A DNA stretch of 64,000 nucleotides, taken from the NCBI GenBank assembly GCA_020057115.1, contig JAGVGJ010000003.1, positions 100,528 to 164,527 of the forward strand. The letters run 5' to 3'. The notes beneath the pieces were generated by a model. That model saw only the letters and a program-made list of their open reading frames with translations, ran no database searches and had not been told where the DNA came from. Position 1 is the stretch's first letter, and each line of letters starts with the position of its first letter. Origin of the DNA: Candidatus Omnitrophota bacterium. GTDB lineage: Bacteria; Omnitrophota; Gorgyraeia; 2-01-FULL-45-10. The translations under genes were made by a program, and so were the position numbers. Of the stretch, positions 8,495 to 18,541 are shown in pieces.

Positions 8495-9745
8495 CTACCT
8501 TCTGACCTGCCCGCTACCATATATCAGATATTTATAAGATGTCAATTCCTCTATGCCCATGGGGCCGCGGGCATGGATCTTGTCTGTGGATATGCCTATC
8601 TCCGCGCCTTTGCCGAACTCGCCTCCGTCGGTAAATCTCGTGGAGGCATTCACATAGACGCAGGCCGAATCCACCTCTTTGAGGAATTTCGCCTGGGCAT
8701 TCTTATCGCCGGTGATTATGGCGTCGGAGTGGTATGAGCCGTATTTCATTATATGCGATATGGCCTCGTCGACGTTCTTTACGGTCTTGACCGATAGTAT
8801 GAGGTCCAGATATTCTGTATGCCAGTCCTCTTCCTTCGCCAGATTGACGCCGGGGGATATCGACTTTACTTCTTTAGAGCCCCTTATCTCCACGCCGGAG
8901 GCCTCGTAGCGCTTGATCATGCCAGGCAGGAATTTCCGGGCTATCTTCTCGTGGACAAGGAGCGTCTCCATCGCATTGCAGACGCCTGGCCGCTGGACCT
9001 TAGCGTTAAAACATATATCTTCGGCCATCTTCAGGTCTGCCGATCTATCTACATAGGTATGGCATACGCCCTTATAATGCTTGATAACCGGTATGCGCGC
9101 CTTTTCGGTGACATATTTTATGAGCGCCTCTCCGCCTCTCGGCATGGCAAGATCTATAAAATCGCTCTGGGCAAGGAGCTCCTCCATGACCTTCCTGTCG
9201 GGGTTGTCTATCATGGTTATGGCGCCTTCAGGCAGGCCGCATCTTAAGGCGGCCTTGTTGAGGACGTTGAATATCGCGACATTTGAATTTATCGCCTCTT
9301 TGCCGCCTCTCAGTATGACCGCATTGCCGCTCTTCAGGCACAGCCCCGCGCAATCGCTTGTTACATTGGGGCGCGATTCGTATATTATCAGGATAACGCC
9401 TATGGGGACCCTGACCTTTTCTATGACCAGGCCGTTCGGCCTCTTGATGGTCTCAAGCAGATCCCCTACCGGATCGCGCAGCTTCGCTATCTCCAAGAGA
9501 GAGTCAGCCATATCGCCTATCCGCGAAGGCATTAACCTCAGCCTGTCTATCAAAACCCTCGACAGGCCGCTCTTCTCGGCCTTCTCTATGTCTTTTGAAT
9601 TTTCGCTCGCTATGTAGGAAGATTCCCTGCTTAGCGCATCAGCCATGGCGCGAAGCGCGGCATTCTTGGCGCCATTATCCAGGATGGCAAGTCTTCTTGA
9701 CGCCTCTTTCGCCTTCCGGCATATTTTTTTAATATCCGTTTTCAT
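8495..9745 (-). CDS. proA: gamma-glutamyl phosphate reductase
   Basis: Aldehyde dehydrogenase-family ProA motifs (NAKVQRPGVCNAMETLLVHE). Length 416 aa. Confidence 0.9.
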   Translation of the reverse strand: MKTDIKKICRKAKEASRRLAILDNGAKNAALRAMADALSRESSYIASENSKDIEKAEKSGLSRVLIDRLRLMPSRIGDMADSLLEIAKLRDPVGDLLETIKRPNGLVIEKVRVPIGVILIIYESRPNVTSDCAGLCLKSGNAVILRGGKEAINSNVAIFNVLNKAALRCGLPEGAITMIDNPDRKVMEELLAQSDFIDLAMPRGGEALIKYVTEKARIPVIKHYKGVCHTYVDRSADLKMAEDICFNAKVQRPGVCNAMETLLVHEKIARKFLPGMIKRYEASGVEIRGSKEVKSISPGVNLAKEEDWHTEYLDLILSVKTVKNVDEAISHIMKYGSYHSDAIITGDKNAQAKFLKEVDSACVYVNASTRFTDGGEFGKGAEIGISTDKIHARGPMGIEELTSYKYLIYGSGQVRR

Positions 9746-9768
9746 ATCGTCTGTCCTGCTGCAGGCAC

Positions 9769-10857
9769 TTACAGTATCACTAAATTATCCTTATGAATGA
9801 CCTCATCTTCGCCGTCATACCCTAGAGCCGCTTTTATCTGGCTTGTCTTCAAGCCCCTTATCTTGGATATCTCCGCTGAAGAATAGTTGACGACGCCCCT
9901 CGCGAACTCTCTTCGCTCTTTATCTATGATCTTCACCACGTCGCCGGAAGAGAAGATCCCCTCGACATCCACTATGCCTGATCCGAGGAGGCTCTTGTCT
10001 TTTTCCGAAAGCGCTTCCCTGGCCCCGTTATCCACCTTTATGGAGCCCTTCGGCTTGGACGAGAAGGCGATCCACCGCTTCTTGGCTATTATCTTCACCC
10101 CGCCGCCCTTAAAAGCAGTGCCTATTGTTTCGCCCATAGCGGCCTTCAATATGACATCCTTCTTCTTGCCGTTAGCGATGATGCACTCTATCCCGGCTGA
10201 GGTGACGCGCCTTACCGCCTCGAGCTTACTCGCCATCCCGCCTGTTCCCAGGTCGCATGACGAAGACCTTACGAGCTTGAGTATCTTGGGGGTGAGTTTC
10301 TCCACTACGGGTATGACGTTGCATTCCTCGTCCAGAAGGCCGTCTACGTCGGTCAAGAGCACGAGCTTGTCCGCCCTCGATAGGTCGCTCACAAGGCTTG
10401 CCAGCCTGTCATTGTCCCCGCACTTTATCTCTTCGGTGGATACGGAATCATTCTCGTTTATTATCGGAACGGCATTATGCGAAAGAAGCGCCTGGAGCGT
10501 GTCCCTTATGTTGAGGTATCTTTGTCTGTCATTAAAATCTTCCTGCGTGAGCAGTATCTGCCCTACGAGATACCCGCGCTCTTTGAAGCATTCGCTGTAA
10601 AGGTGCATCAGATGGCTCTGGCCTATCGCGGCGACCGCCTGAAGCTCCGTAAGTTTTACAGGCCTCTTCTTGAGCCCCAACAGCCCCATGCCGGCGCCGA
10701 TAGCTCCGGAAGTGACGACTATGACATCGATGCCGTCCGCCTTCACTGCGGATATCTGGGATACTATATCCTTGAGCATCTCCTTGTCGAATGACCTGTC
10801 CTTCCGGGTCAGGACCTTCGTGCCTATCTTCAGTACTATCTTTTTAGCGTTCTTCAT
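9769..10857 (-). CDS. proB: glutamate 5-kinase with C-terminal PUA domain
   Basis: Amino-acid kinase fold motifs (VVTSGAIGAG). The proB-proA tandem is typical. Confidence 0.9.
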   Translation of the reverse strand: MKNAKKIVLKIGTKVLTRKDRSFDKEMLKDIVSQISAVKADGIDVIVVTSGAIGAGMGLLGLKKRPVKLTELQAVAAIGQSHLMHLYSECFKERGYLVGQILLTQEDFNDRQRYLNIRDTLQALLSHNAVPIINENDSVSTEEIKCGDNDRLASLVSDLSRADKLVLLTDVDGLLDEECNVIPVVEKLTPKILKLVRSSSCDLGTGGMASKLEAVRRVTSAGIECIIANGKKKDVILKAAMGETIGTAFKGGGVKIIAKKRWIAFSSKPKGSIKVDNGAREALSEKDKSLLGSGIVDVEGIFSSGDVVKIIDKERREFARGVVNYSSAEISKIRGLKTSQIKAALGYDGEDEVIHKDNLVIL

Positions 10858-11828
10858 GTCTTTCTCTTATCATATACTTTTTTATGGAGCTCCGTCAAGA
10901 GCTCCTTTATGCCGTCACCCGTAAGCGCTGATATCGGGAAGACTTTCTTCTTTTTGAGGCGGGCTTTGAACTTCTTAAGATTATCCGCCGCCGACGGCAT
11001 GTCCGTCTTATTCAATACTATGACCTGGGGCGTCTTGGCGAGGGCTTGCGAATAGAGCTTGAGCTCTTCGTTCAGGCTCGCGTAATCCTCATAAGGGTCC
11101 CTTCCCTCGAAGGCAGATATGTCCACAAGATGTATCAAAAGCCTCGTGCGTTCTACGTGGCGCAGGAACCTGTGGCCCAGGCCCTTTCCTTTATGCGCCC
11201 CCTCTATCAGCCCGGGTATGTCCGCTACCACTATGGCGTCATCATGGATCTTTACCACGCCCAGGTTCGGCTCTTTAGTCGTAAAAGGGTAGCTTGCGAT
11301 CTTGGGACGGGCGCTCGATATCCTGGATATTAACGTGGATTTTCCGGCATTGGGATAGCCGATTATGCCTACATCGGCTATTACCTTAAGCTCAAGAACT
11401 AGAGTCTTCTCTTCACCGGGGAAGCCGTATTCGGCTTCACGGCCCCGCGAATTCCCGCGGCCGCCCTCGCCGCCTTTAGCAGCTATGACGCGGTCGCCGG
11501 GTTTTATGAGGTCCCTCAAGATGAGCCCTGTCGCGGCATCCTTTATAAGCGTGCCGGCGGGCACTCTTATTACTTCGTCTTCGGCTCTCTGGCCCTTCTT
11601 ATGGTTTGAGCTTCCATGGCTGCCGGAATGGCCTTTGACATGCTGCCTGTATTGCAGATCTAAAAGAGTGTGGATATTGGGATCGGCCACAAATATTATG
11701 TCGGCGCCGCCTCCACCGAAGCCGCCGTCAGGCCTGCCGATCCTGTTGACCTTGTCGCGGTGCATGGAGCTGCAGCCATTGCCGCCGTTACCGGCCTTAA
11801 CATATATCCTGGCTTCATCTATGAACAT
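10854..11828 (-). CDS. obg: GTPase Obg/CgtA
   Basis: Obg fold N-terminus (FIDEARIYVKAGNGGNGC, glycine-rich) and a G domain (GYPNAGKSTL). Located downstream of rplU-rpmA. Confidence 0.9.
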   Translation of the reverse strand: MFIDEARIYVKAGNGGNGCSSMHRDKVNRIGRPDGGFGGGGADIIFVADPNIHTLLDLQYRQHVKGHSGSHGSSNHKKGQRAEDEVIRVPAGTLIKDAATGLILRDLIKPGDRVIAAKGGEGGRGNSRGREAEYGFPGEEKTLVLELKVIADVGIIGYPNAGKSTLISRISSARPKIASYPFTTKEPNLGVVKIHDDAIVVADIPGLIEGAHKGKGLGHRFLRHVERTRLLIHLVDISAFEGRDPYEDYASLNEELKLYSQALAKTPQVIVLNKTDMPSAADNLKKFKARLKKKKVFPISALTGDGIKELLTELHKKVYDKRKT

Positions 11829-11845
11829 TATGCTCTCAAGATAAA

Positions 11846-11892
11846 CCCCGCCATTCCTTAAATTGATCGTCTTACATTAAGGAAGGACGGGG
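11846..11892 (-). terminator. attenuator/terminator-like hairpin between rpmA and obg (about 14-bp imperfect stem followed by a U-rich tract on the mRNA strand)
   Basis: CCCCGCCATTCCTTA … TAAGGAAGGACGGGG, followed on the minus strand by TTTATCTT. Confidence 0.4.
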
Positions 11893-11898
11893 TGTATA

Positions 11899-12129
11899 TT
11901 ATTTTGAAGCTTTGATAATGCTCACTCTTTTTCTCGGATCGAACTTTACAGTTCCGTCCGTAAGCGCAAAGAGAGTATAGTCCTTGCCCATCCCGACATT
12001 GACCCCGGGAGAAAAGCGCATGCCGGCCTGCTTCAATATGATCCCGCCGGCCCTTATGATCTGTCCTCCGTAGGCCTTTACCCCGCGCCTCTTTCCCTGG
12101 CCGTCGCGGCCATTAACAACGTGTGCCAT
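11899..12129 (-). CDS. rpmA: 50S ribosomal protein L27
   Basis: [23 protein letters not shown]… matches the conserved L27 N-terminus. Confidence 0.95.
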   Translation of the reverse strand: MAHVVNGRDGQGKRRGVKAYGGQIIRAGGIILKQAGMRFSPGVNVGMGKDYTLFALTDGTVKFDPRKRVSIIKASK

Positions 12130-12133
12130 CTTA

Positions 12134-12454
12134 TTACCCTTTCGCTATCTCTATCTCTTTGACTTTAAGCTTGAGCAGATTCTGCCTGTGGCCGATCTTC
12201 TTCTTCTCGCTCTTGCGTCTCTTATACTTGAAGGCCACAACTTTATCGGATCTTACCATCCCAAGAACTTCGCAGGTGACATTGGCACCCTTGAGATACG
12301 GCGTCCCGACATGGATGGAATTCCCTTCCTTGGCAAGGAGCACTTTGTCCAGGCTCACGGTCTTGCCTTCTTTAGCGTCAAATAGCTCGACAAGTATCGT
12401 GTCATCCTTGGACACTTTGTATTGTTTACCGCCAGTTTCAACTACCGCGTACAT
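12134..12454 (-). CDS. rplU: 50S ribosomal protein L21
   Basis: [14 protein letters not shown]… matches the L21 signature. Confidence 0.95.
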   Translation of the reverse strand: MYAVVETGGKQYKVSKDDTILVELFDAKEGKTVSLDKVLLAKEGNSIHVGTPYLKGANVTCEVLGMVRSDKVVAFKYKRRKSEKKKIGHRQNLLKLKVKEIEIAKG

Positions 12455-12499
12455 TTGCTACCTCCGTTAATTTGGCTTCCATAACATAAGAAGTGTGAA

Positions 12500-12528
12500 A
12501 TTATACCAGCCGGCCGTCAATATGTCAA
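12500..12528 (-). promoter_or_regulatory. consensus sigma70 promoter TTGACA-17nt-TATAAT for the rplU-rpmA-obg operon
   Basis: On the minus strand: TTGACAtattgacggccggctggTATAATttcacac…GGAGGtagcaaATG. The -35 hexamer overlaps the rng stop codon. Confidence 0.7.
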
Positions 12529-14036
12529 GGACCAACTTCATCCACCTTTATATCTTCGATATGGCGGCTTGGATCCTCGGTTATCCTGATATTCTTCCTG
12601 AAATGCCTCTCAATATGCCGTATCATGTTCCTTTCTGGTGATATAACGTACTTGGCCACTTCCGGATTGACCGACACGAATACGCCCTTTGACTTTGGAT
12701 CGGCCAATATCTGGTTTAGTTTCCTTATAAGCTCGATGGCTACGGTAGAAGCGCTCTTCACGGAACCCCTGCCATTGCAATACGGGCACTTCTGATAACT
12801 CTTGCCTTCGATAGACTGCCGCATCCTCTGGCGCGTCATCTCTACAAGGCCGATGCTTGAGATGCTCAAGATATTGGTCTTCGCCTTGTCACTTTCAAGA
12901 TGATGCTCGAGGGTGTTAAATACGCTCTTCCTGTGACCGCCGTATTCCATGTCGATAAAATCTATTATGATTATACCGCCCATGTCGCGCAAGCGCAGCT
13001 GCCTGGGTATCTCTTCGGCGGCCTCCATGTTGGTCCTGTAGGCCGTCTCTTCGAGGTTCCTCTCGCCGACGAACTTCCCGGAATTGACGTCTATGGCTAT
13101 AAGGCTCTCGGTCTCGTCAAACACCAGGTACCCGCCGCTCTTAAGCTGGACGATCCTGTTATAGACCTTGTCTATCTGTTTCTGGATATCATACTTGTCG
13201 AACATCGGGACTTTGTCATGATACAACTTAAGCCTCGTCTTCAACTCCGGCGCATATATATTTAGGAACTTCGATATTCTCTTAAATTCGTTCGGAGAAT
13301 CGACCTCGAACCTTGCCACATCCCCGGTGAATATGTCCCTTACAACCCTTAAGACTATGTCATACTCCTGGTGGATCAAGGACGGCGGCTTCGCTTTCTT
13401 GGCCCTGAACTTTATGTGCTGCCACATCCGGGTAAGGTAGCTTATCTCTCTTTCGATATCCTTCTTCGTCTCGCCGCCGGCCGCGGTCCTGACGATGAAG
13501 CCCATATCTTTGGGAAGCTTCATCTCTTCGAGGATCTTCCTTATCCTGTCGCGCTCGTGGCGGTCGGATATCCTTTTTGAAAGTCCTATATGCTGGTCGA
13601 ACGGCATCATGACTATGAAGCGTCCCGGGATGGAGACATGCGCGGTGAGGCGGGCGCCCTTTGACCTTATAGGCTCTTTCACCACCTGGACGAGGACCTC
13701 GTCGCCTTTTTTGAGTATCTCGTTTATGGGAGGGAGCTTCTTCTCCCTTTCGGGCTTCTTCTTATCCTCTTTCGGCTCTTCCTCGAACAGCTTCTCGTAA
13801 CCTCCGTCGCCCTGGACGACATCGGATACGTACAAAAACCCGTTCTTCTCCAAACCTATGTTGACAAATGCCGCGCCTATCCCGGGCAGGACAGATTCCA
13901 CCTTGCCCTTAAAGATGCTCCCTACGAGGTTCGTAGTATGGAGCCTCTCGATATAGAACTCTTCTATCCGTTTGTTGTCGAGGATAGCGACGCGTTTCTC
14001 GTGCTGGTCCACATTGATATAGATCTCTTTCGGCAT
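12525..14036 (-). CDS. rng: ribonuclease G / RNase E-family endoribonuclease (S1 domain + catalytic domain)
   Basis: 503 aa with an S1 domain near the N-terminus and a Zn-link CPxC(N)GxG motif (CPYCNGRG). Confidence 0.85.
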   Translation of the reverse strand: MPKEIYINVDQHEKRVAILDNKRIEEFYIERLHTTNLVGSIFKGKVESVLPGIGAAFVNIGLEKNGFLYVSDVVQGDGGYEKLFEEEPKEDKKKPEREKKLPPINEILKKGDEVLVQVVKEPIRSKGARLTAHVSIPGRFIVMMPFDQHIGLSKRISDRHERDRIRKILEEMKLPKDMGFIVRTAAGGETKKDIEREISYLTRMWQHIKFRAKKAKPPSLIHQEYDIVLRVVRDIFTGDVARFEVDSPNEFKRISKFLNIYAPELKTRLKLYHDKVPMFDKYDIQKQIDKVYNRIVQLKSGGYLVFDETESLIAIDVNSGKFVGERNLEETAYRTNMEAAEEIPRQLRLRDMGGIIIIDFIDMEYGGHRKSVFNTLEHHLESDKAKTNILSISSIGLVEMTRQRMRQSIEGKSYQKCPYCNGRGSVKSASTVAIELIRKLNQILADPKSKGVFVSVNPEVAKYVISPERNMIRHIERHFRKNIRITEDPSRHIEDIKVDEVGP

Positions 14037-14037
14037 C

Positions 14038-14349
14038 TTAATCTAACCTTTCCGCCTTCTCCACCTTTACGCCGTCCGGCAGTGCCGCATTCATGGACTT
14101 TATAAATAGCTCCGGATCCACTACAGCATCCATATGAAATACGGCTTCCTCTGCGCTGCTCTCAAGCCCGAGCTTGAGCGCCCTTGTAACGCTTATCTTA
14201 AGGTGGGGGCTAAATCCTTTTGTGACAGTGACCGGAAGACGCGCCCTGCGCGCCGCCCTCTGGAACAATCTCATGAGGTCAAGGTGAGATATGAACCGAA
14301 GATCACCGGTCTTAGAAAATATTATTTTTAATCTTGCCAAAACATCCAC
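14038..14349 (-). CDS. TIGR03936 (DUF2344) family protein, the small partner of TIGR03960 B12-binding radical SAM enzymes
   Basis: Family signature …LRFISHLDLMRLFQRAARRA.LP….GFSP. Overlaps the pilQ 3' end. Confidence 0.75.
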   Translation of the reverse strand: MDVLARLKIIFSKTGDLRFISHLDLMRLFQRAARRARLPVTVTKGFSPHLKISVTRALKLGLESSAEEAVFHMDAVVDPELFIKSMNAALPDGVKVEKAERLD

Positions 14350-15962
14350 TTGTTCTTTTTCTTCTTGGCGTTCTTCTCCGCCTTCTGCATAACCGTATAT
14401 TTAGGATCAGGCACCAGATCTGATCTGGGCGAATTCGCGATCACTTTGCCAGGGGTCATGATATGAACTGTTATGAAGAATATGAGCTCGCGCTTCCGCT
14501 TCCCTTTCTCCTTCCTCGAGAAGAGCAACCCTAAATACGGGACATCTCCAAGTATGTCGCCGATAAAAGGAAGCTTTTTGTTCCTTGTAAAATCTTCTTC
14601 CATTATAAGGCCGCCGATAAATATCGTGTCGCCGTCCTTTATCATGACCTGCGTATTTGCTTTCCTGATAGCCATTATCGGCGCCCTTAAGTCATCGGCG
14701 ACCGACATCACTTTCTCGCCAACTTGGCTGGATATCTCAGGAGCAAGATCAACAACTATCTCTCCGGATTCATTAATGTGAGGAGTGACCTTCAATATTG
14801 TACCTGCAAAAAACTCTTTCACATTATAGCCTGTTATTTCCATTTTGCCTGTCTCTGAATTACGCTCAAAAGTGGGCATGGGGATATTCTCACCCACGTC
14901 TATAACGGCGGGTTTGTTATTAAGCGTCGCTATCCTGGGATTTGCGACCACGTCCGTATCCCGCCTCTGTTTTAGCATCTCAAGAATTGCCTGAAATTCG
15001 GAGAAATCGAGAGTGCCGAATTTGAAAGCATCTGTCATCCCTTCCTGGGTGTAATCGACGAACGGGAAACCCTTCGAGATGTTGCCGGGTCCGTTTGCGC
15101 CCGTAGGGAAAAGGCCTGGCGGCGCTGTCGTGGTCTGTCCGCCGGGCAGATTGGCCGTAACGCTTGCGCCGGTCTGGACGAGCGGCACAAACTTGCTTAG
15201 CAAGTTATTGTCTATATCGAAATAATCGAAAGGAAAAGTTATCGGCCTCTTGGCTCCTGCCGCGGTGATCTTGACATTCCAGTCTATACCAAGCTTCTCT
15301 TCGTTCGTCAGAGTGGTCTCTATCACCCTTGCCTCGATCAAGACCTGCGGAGTCTTCTTGTCAAGCTTGCCTATTACCTCCCCTATCTTATAGATATTCG
15401 TCGGAATATCGGTAATGAGCACAATGTTGGTCCGCGCGTCATAGGCCACCTTGCCGCGATTGCTCAGAAGCTGTTTTATGGACTCCACCGTATCTTTCGC
15501 ATCGCCGTAATTCAGGCTGAACGCCTGACTCGCCAGCTCTTCCTGTTGTAATTTATCGATTGTGATGACCCTTATGATGTCACCTTCGCGCTCATAGGCA
15601 AGGCCGTAATTCTTCATGATAATGTCGAGCGCTGTCTTCCATGGCTTATTCGTTAGCTTCAGGTCTATCAGGCCCTTTACCTCGGGGGACGCCACTATGT
15701 CCACAGATGCAACTTCTGAAATATAAGCAAGAACTGTCCTTACGTCGGCTGCCTTAAAATTCACCGTCACATTGCCGGGATCTACAGGGATCGCTTCCTC
15801 GGCTGGCTCTGCAGTCACAGGAGCCTGCACAGATTCCTTGGTTGGGGGTGTGCTCTCTATATTTGGCTCATCGGCCGAGAATGCCGCATCCGAACATATC
15901 ATTAGCCCGCACAGGACCAGCGATAATGCTTTAAAGAATATCCTCTTCTTATTTTCCACCAC
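14328..15962 (-). CDS. pilQ: type IV pilus secretin PilQ
   Basis: Signal peptide, N-terminal domains, and a C-terminal secretin domain (…IFIGGLIMEEDF….KLPFIGDIP.LG.LF). Confidence 0.9.
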   Translation of the reverse strand: MVENKKRIFFKALSLVLCGLMICSDAAFSADEPNIESTPPTKESVQAPVTAEPAEEAIPVDPGNVTVNFKAADVRTVLAYISEVASVDIVASPEVKGLIDLKLTNKPWKTALDIIMKNYGLAYEREGDIIRVITIDKLQQEELASQAFSLNYGDAKDTVESIKQLLSNRGKVAYDARTNIVLITDIPTNIYKIGEVIGKLDKKTPQVLIEARVIETTLTNEEKLGIDWNVKITAAGAKRPITFPFDYFDIDNNLLSKFVPLVQTGASVTANLPGGQTTTAPPGLFPTGANGPGNISKGFPFVDYTQEGMTDAFKFGTLDFSEFQAILEMLKQRRDTDVVANPRIATLNNKPAVIDVGENIPMPTFERNSETGKMEITGYNVKEFFAGTILKVTPHINESGEIVVDLAPEISSQVGEKVMSVADDLRAPIMAIRKANTQVMIKDGDTIFIGGLIMEEDFTRNKKLPFIGDILGDVPYLGLLFSRKEKGKRKRELIFFITVHIMTPGKVIANSPRSDLVPDPKYTVMQKAEKNAKKKKNKWMFWQD

Positions 15963-16326
15963 TATCTCCTCCCTCTTCCGGCAGAGTCAGCGTATGCTCT
16001 GCCCCGGCAAATAGAATAATGACTTCTTTCTTTCTGATCTTTTTTATCTCCAACTGCCCTATCTTATCATTCTCTTTTACGATCTCGCCGTTAAGTATGG
16101 CTCTCGTCTTATCTTTTGCGCCTATCGCTATGCCCTCAAGCCTTATATCCCCGACGGACGAGATGTTCTCAAGGCCGGAATTTGCCGGCCTCTCCCCGCC
16201 AACGAGCGGGACGAACGGATCCCTCCTGTTGAAAGATTCGTATTTGGTTCCTTCGGCATGGGCCGGACCGGCAAATGCTGCCGCCAGAATAATGGAAAGC
16301 GCCAGTAGCGCGGACAAGTAGCGCAT
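15949..16326 (-). CDS. pilP: pilus assembly lipoprotein PilP-like
   Basis: Small secreted protein sitting between pilO and pilQ. Confidence 0.6.
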   Translation of the reverse strand: MRYLSALLALSIILAAAFAGPAHAEGTKYESFNRRDPFVPLVGGERPANSGLENISSVGDIRLEGIAIGAKDKTRAILNGEIVKENDKIGQLEIKKIRKKEVIILFAGAEHTLTLPEEGGDSGGK

Positions 16327-16331
16327 TCGGG

Positions 16332-16922
16332 TTATTTCTCCTTGTCTTTAAGCAATATGTAAGTTGCGACCATGAGCTCCACCGAGTGCATCTTGGGCGT
16401 ATTTTCATTAGCCTTTATATTTATATCGACCAGCTTCATGAACCTGTCGGTATTCTCAAGGTCGGTCAGGAAACTGCCCAGTTCATGATACCCGCATCTC
16501 GCGATTATCTTTATCTGGAACTCCTGGTAAGCCGCCTTCAGGGCGCCTTCAGCCCTGGGAGCGGACGGCGTGATGCTTATAATGTCAAGGTTCGACTTTT
16601 TGGCCATCGAGTTCAGCTCTTCGAGGAGGCTCGGCATCTCCTGCTCCGCCGGGAGCTTCTTCTCGTAAAGGTCGATCTTCGCGCTGAACTTGCTGATGTC
16701 ACTCTTGAATTTATCAATATTGGATATCGACACCTTGGCAGACCTAAACTCGAGTTTGGCCTTTGAAGCCTTTCCTACCAGCGTGCCGAGCTTAGTCAAC
16801 TGCGGCATCAGGAGAAAATATACGAAGAGAAGTAAGGCCGCCAAAGCTGCGGCGATCATAGCCATGGTAAGCTGTTTCGGGTTCTTCTTTATATATGCGT
16901 TAAGGTCAATGGGCATCTTCAT
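16332..16922 (-). CDS. pilO: type IV pilus assembly protein PilO
   Basis: Single N-terminal TM segment followed by a coiled-coil region, in the pilO position. Confidence 0.7.
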   Translation of the reverse strand: MKMPIDLNAYIKKNPKQLTMAMIAAALAALLLFVYFLLMPQLTKLGTLVGKASKAKLEFRSAKVSISNIDKFKSDISKFSAKIDLYEKKLPAEQEMPSLLEELNSMAKKSNLDIISITPSAPRAEGALKAAYQEFQIKIIARCGYHELGSFLTDLENTDRFMKLVDINIKANENTPKMHSVELMVATYILLKDKEK

Positions 16923-17594
16923 CTATTTAGTCTTCTCTTTGAATAAACACGTTATCTTGAAATTGACCACATCCTGGTCCTTGAGCTTCTCCGATTTTGT
17001 AAATCCAAGCTGTATGTCGGAAAAATCGGCATAGAAGGCGGCATTATGCTTCAGCGACTTTATGAATTTGCCGATAATGGCATTGCCTTCACCGCCGGCA
17101 TTAAGGGCGCAACCATTCAGCGCCAGATGCCTCGCGGAGACCTTCTGCGAAACAGTCTTGACCTTGCCGTCCGGCCTCATGGTGACAACAGCATTCCCGC
17201 CTGTATCGGCATAATCGAGTTCCGACAGCCACACGCCCGGTATCATGGAATAATTAAGATCGCCGAGCTTCTTGGCCCAGCTGAAACGGTTCACCATGAG
17301 CTCGTCGATGGCGCGGACCTTCTTATTGACAAGGTCTATCTCGGATTTGAGGGTATCCGCCTCCTTCTTCTGGGAGAGGATAACATTATACTGTTTCTCG
17401 ACGGAAGAGAGGTTGGATCTTACCACGATGCCTGACAGGACGAGGATGATCTGAAAGATTATCAGTATCCCGAAGACAGCGCCTATCATGCCAAATATGG
17501 CAGCATCCTGGAGCTTGAACTCCGAGAAGTCGAGCCTCTTGAAGCGCTCCTGCTTCTTCCTGCGATCTTCGGGCAACAGGTTTATTTCTATCAT
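16923..17594 (-). CDS. pilN: type IV pilus assembly protein PilN
   Basis: MIEINLLPE… is the typical PilN start. Carries an N-terminal TM segment. Confidence 0.8.
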   Translation of the reverse strand: MIEINLLPEDRRKKQERFKRLDFSEFKLQDAAIFGMIGAVFGILIIFQIILVLSGIVVRSNLSSVEKQYNVILSQKKEADTLKSEIDLVNKKVRAIDELMVNRFSWAKKLGDLNYSMIPGVWLSELDYADTGGNAVVTMRPDGKVKTVSQKVSARHLALNGCALNAGGEGNAIIGKFIKSLKHNAAFYADFSDIQLGFTKSEKLKDQDVVNFKITCLFKEKTK

Positions 17595-17604
17595 CTCACA
17601 TCCT

Positions 17605-18540
17605 TTATCTAAGCGCCAGGCCTACGGCTACGGCGAAAGAACTCCCGGTTTTTTCCAACAGGCCCTTATCGATAGCCTCGGAGCTTGTATCCAGGAATTT
17701 GAAAGGGTCTAACAATATAGGTTTCGTGCCAAAAGCTTCCTGGAACATGTCGCTCATCCCTGCCAGAAAAACCCCTCCACCCGACAGGATTATCTCATCT
17801 ACCCCCCGGCCGAACTGGTTCTCATAATAACTGAACGGAAGGCGCATCTCATCGACCAGCTTATCGAATACCTTCCTCGTGTCTAAATCGGTAGAACCAA
17901 CCTGCATATCCCTGACCAGACATACGGCGCCGTCTCTCAACAGGGTAAGGTTGGTAAGGCCTGCGCCGATATTGAGGATAGCGAATGTCTTGTCCGGACC
18001 ACTCGCTTCCGGGCTATTCCTCAAGAATGCATTGGCGATGGCAAAGCTGTCGACGTCGACTACCCCGACCGAGAGCCCCGCAGACGAGACCATGTCCAGC
18101 CTCTCTTCAACATAGGCCTTCTTTACGGCAGCCAACAGAACATCGAGCTTATTATCTTTGTCATGCTTCTTGACTATCTGAAAATCTATGATGCAGTCAT
18201 TTATATTGAAAGGGATGAACTTCTCCGCCTCGAACTTTATGGCCCCTTTCAGTTCTTCCGCGGTCATCTTCGGCATGGAGACCAGCCTTACTACGACAGG
18301 CTGTCCGGAGACGGCTATATTCACTTCCTTGCTGGAGATCTTCGCCTCTTCAACGAGAAGCTTTATGGTATCCTTGACGGCATCCTTCGACTGTTCAAGC
18401 ATCTTCTTTGAACCTATCGCCGCAAGAACAGGCTTATCGGCAGCCTCGGATATCTCGACAAGCTTCACCGAGTAGGTGCCTATGTCAAGCCCGACCCTGG
18501 ATCTCTTCTTCCCTTTTGGCTTAGCTATCATCCCTGCCAT
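17605..18540 (-). CDS. pilM: type IV pilus assembly protein PilM (actin-like ATPase fold)
   Basis: Actin-like fold, GLDIGTYSVKLVEI. Start chosen at the internal ATG (MAGMIAKPKG…), which overlaps the upstream stop. Confidence 0.85.
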   Translation of the reverse strand: MAGMIAKPKGKKRSRVGLDIGTYSVKLVEISEAADKPVLAAIGSKKMLEQSKDAVKDTIKLLVEEAKISSKEVNIAVSGQPVVVRLVSMPKMTAEELKGAIKFEAEKFIPFNINDCIIDFQIVKKHDKDNKLDVLLAAVKKAYVEERLDMVSSAGLSVGVVDVDSFAIANAFLRNSPEASGPDKTFAILNIGAGLTNLTLLRDGAVCLVRDMQVGSTDLDTRKVFDKLVDEMRLPFSYYENQFGRGVDEIILSGGGVFLAGMSDMFQEAFGTKPILLDPFKFLDTSSEAIDKGLLEKTGSSFAVAVGLALR

Positions 18541-18541
18541 C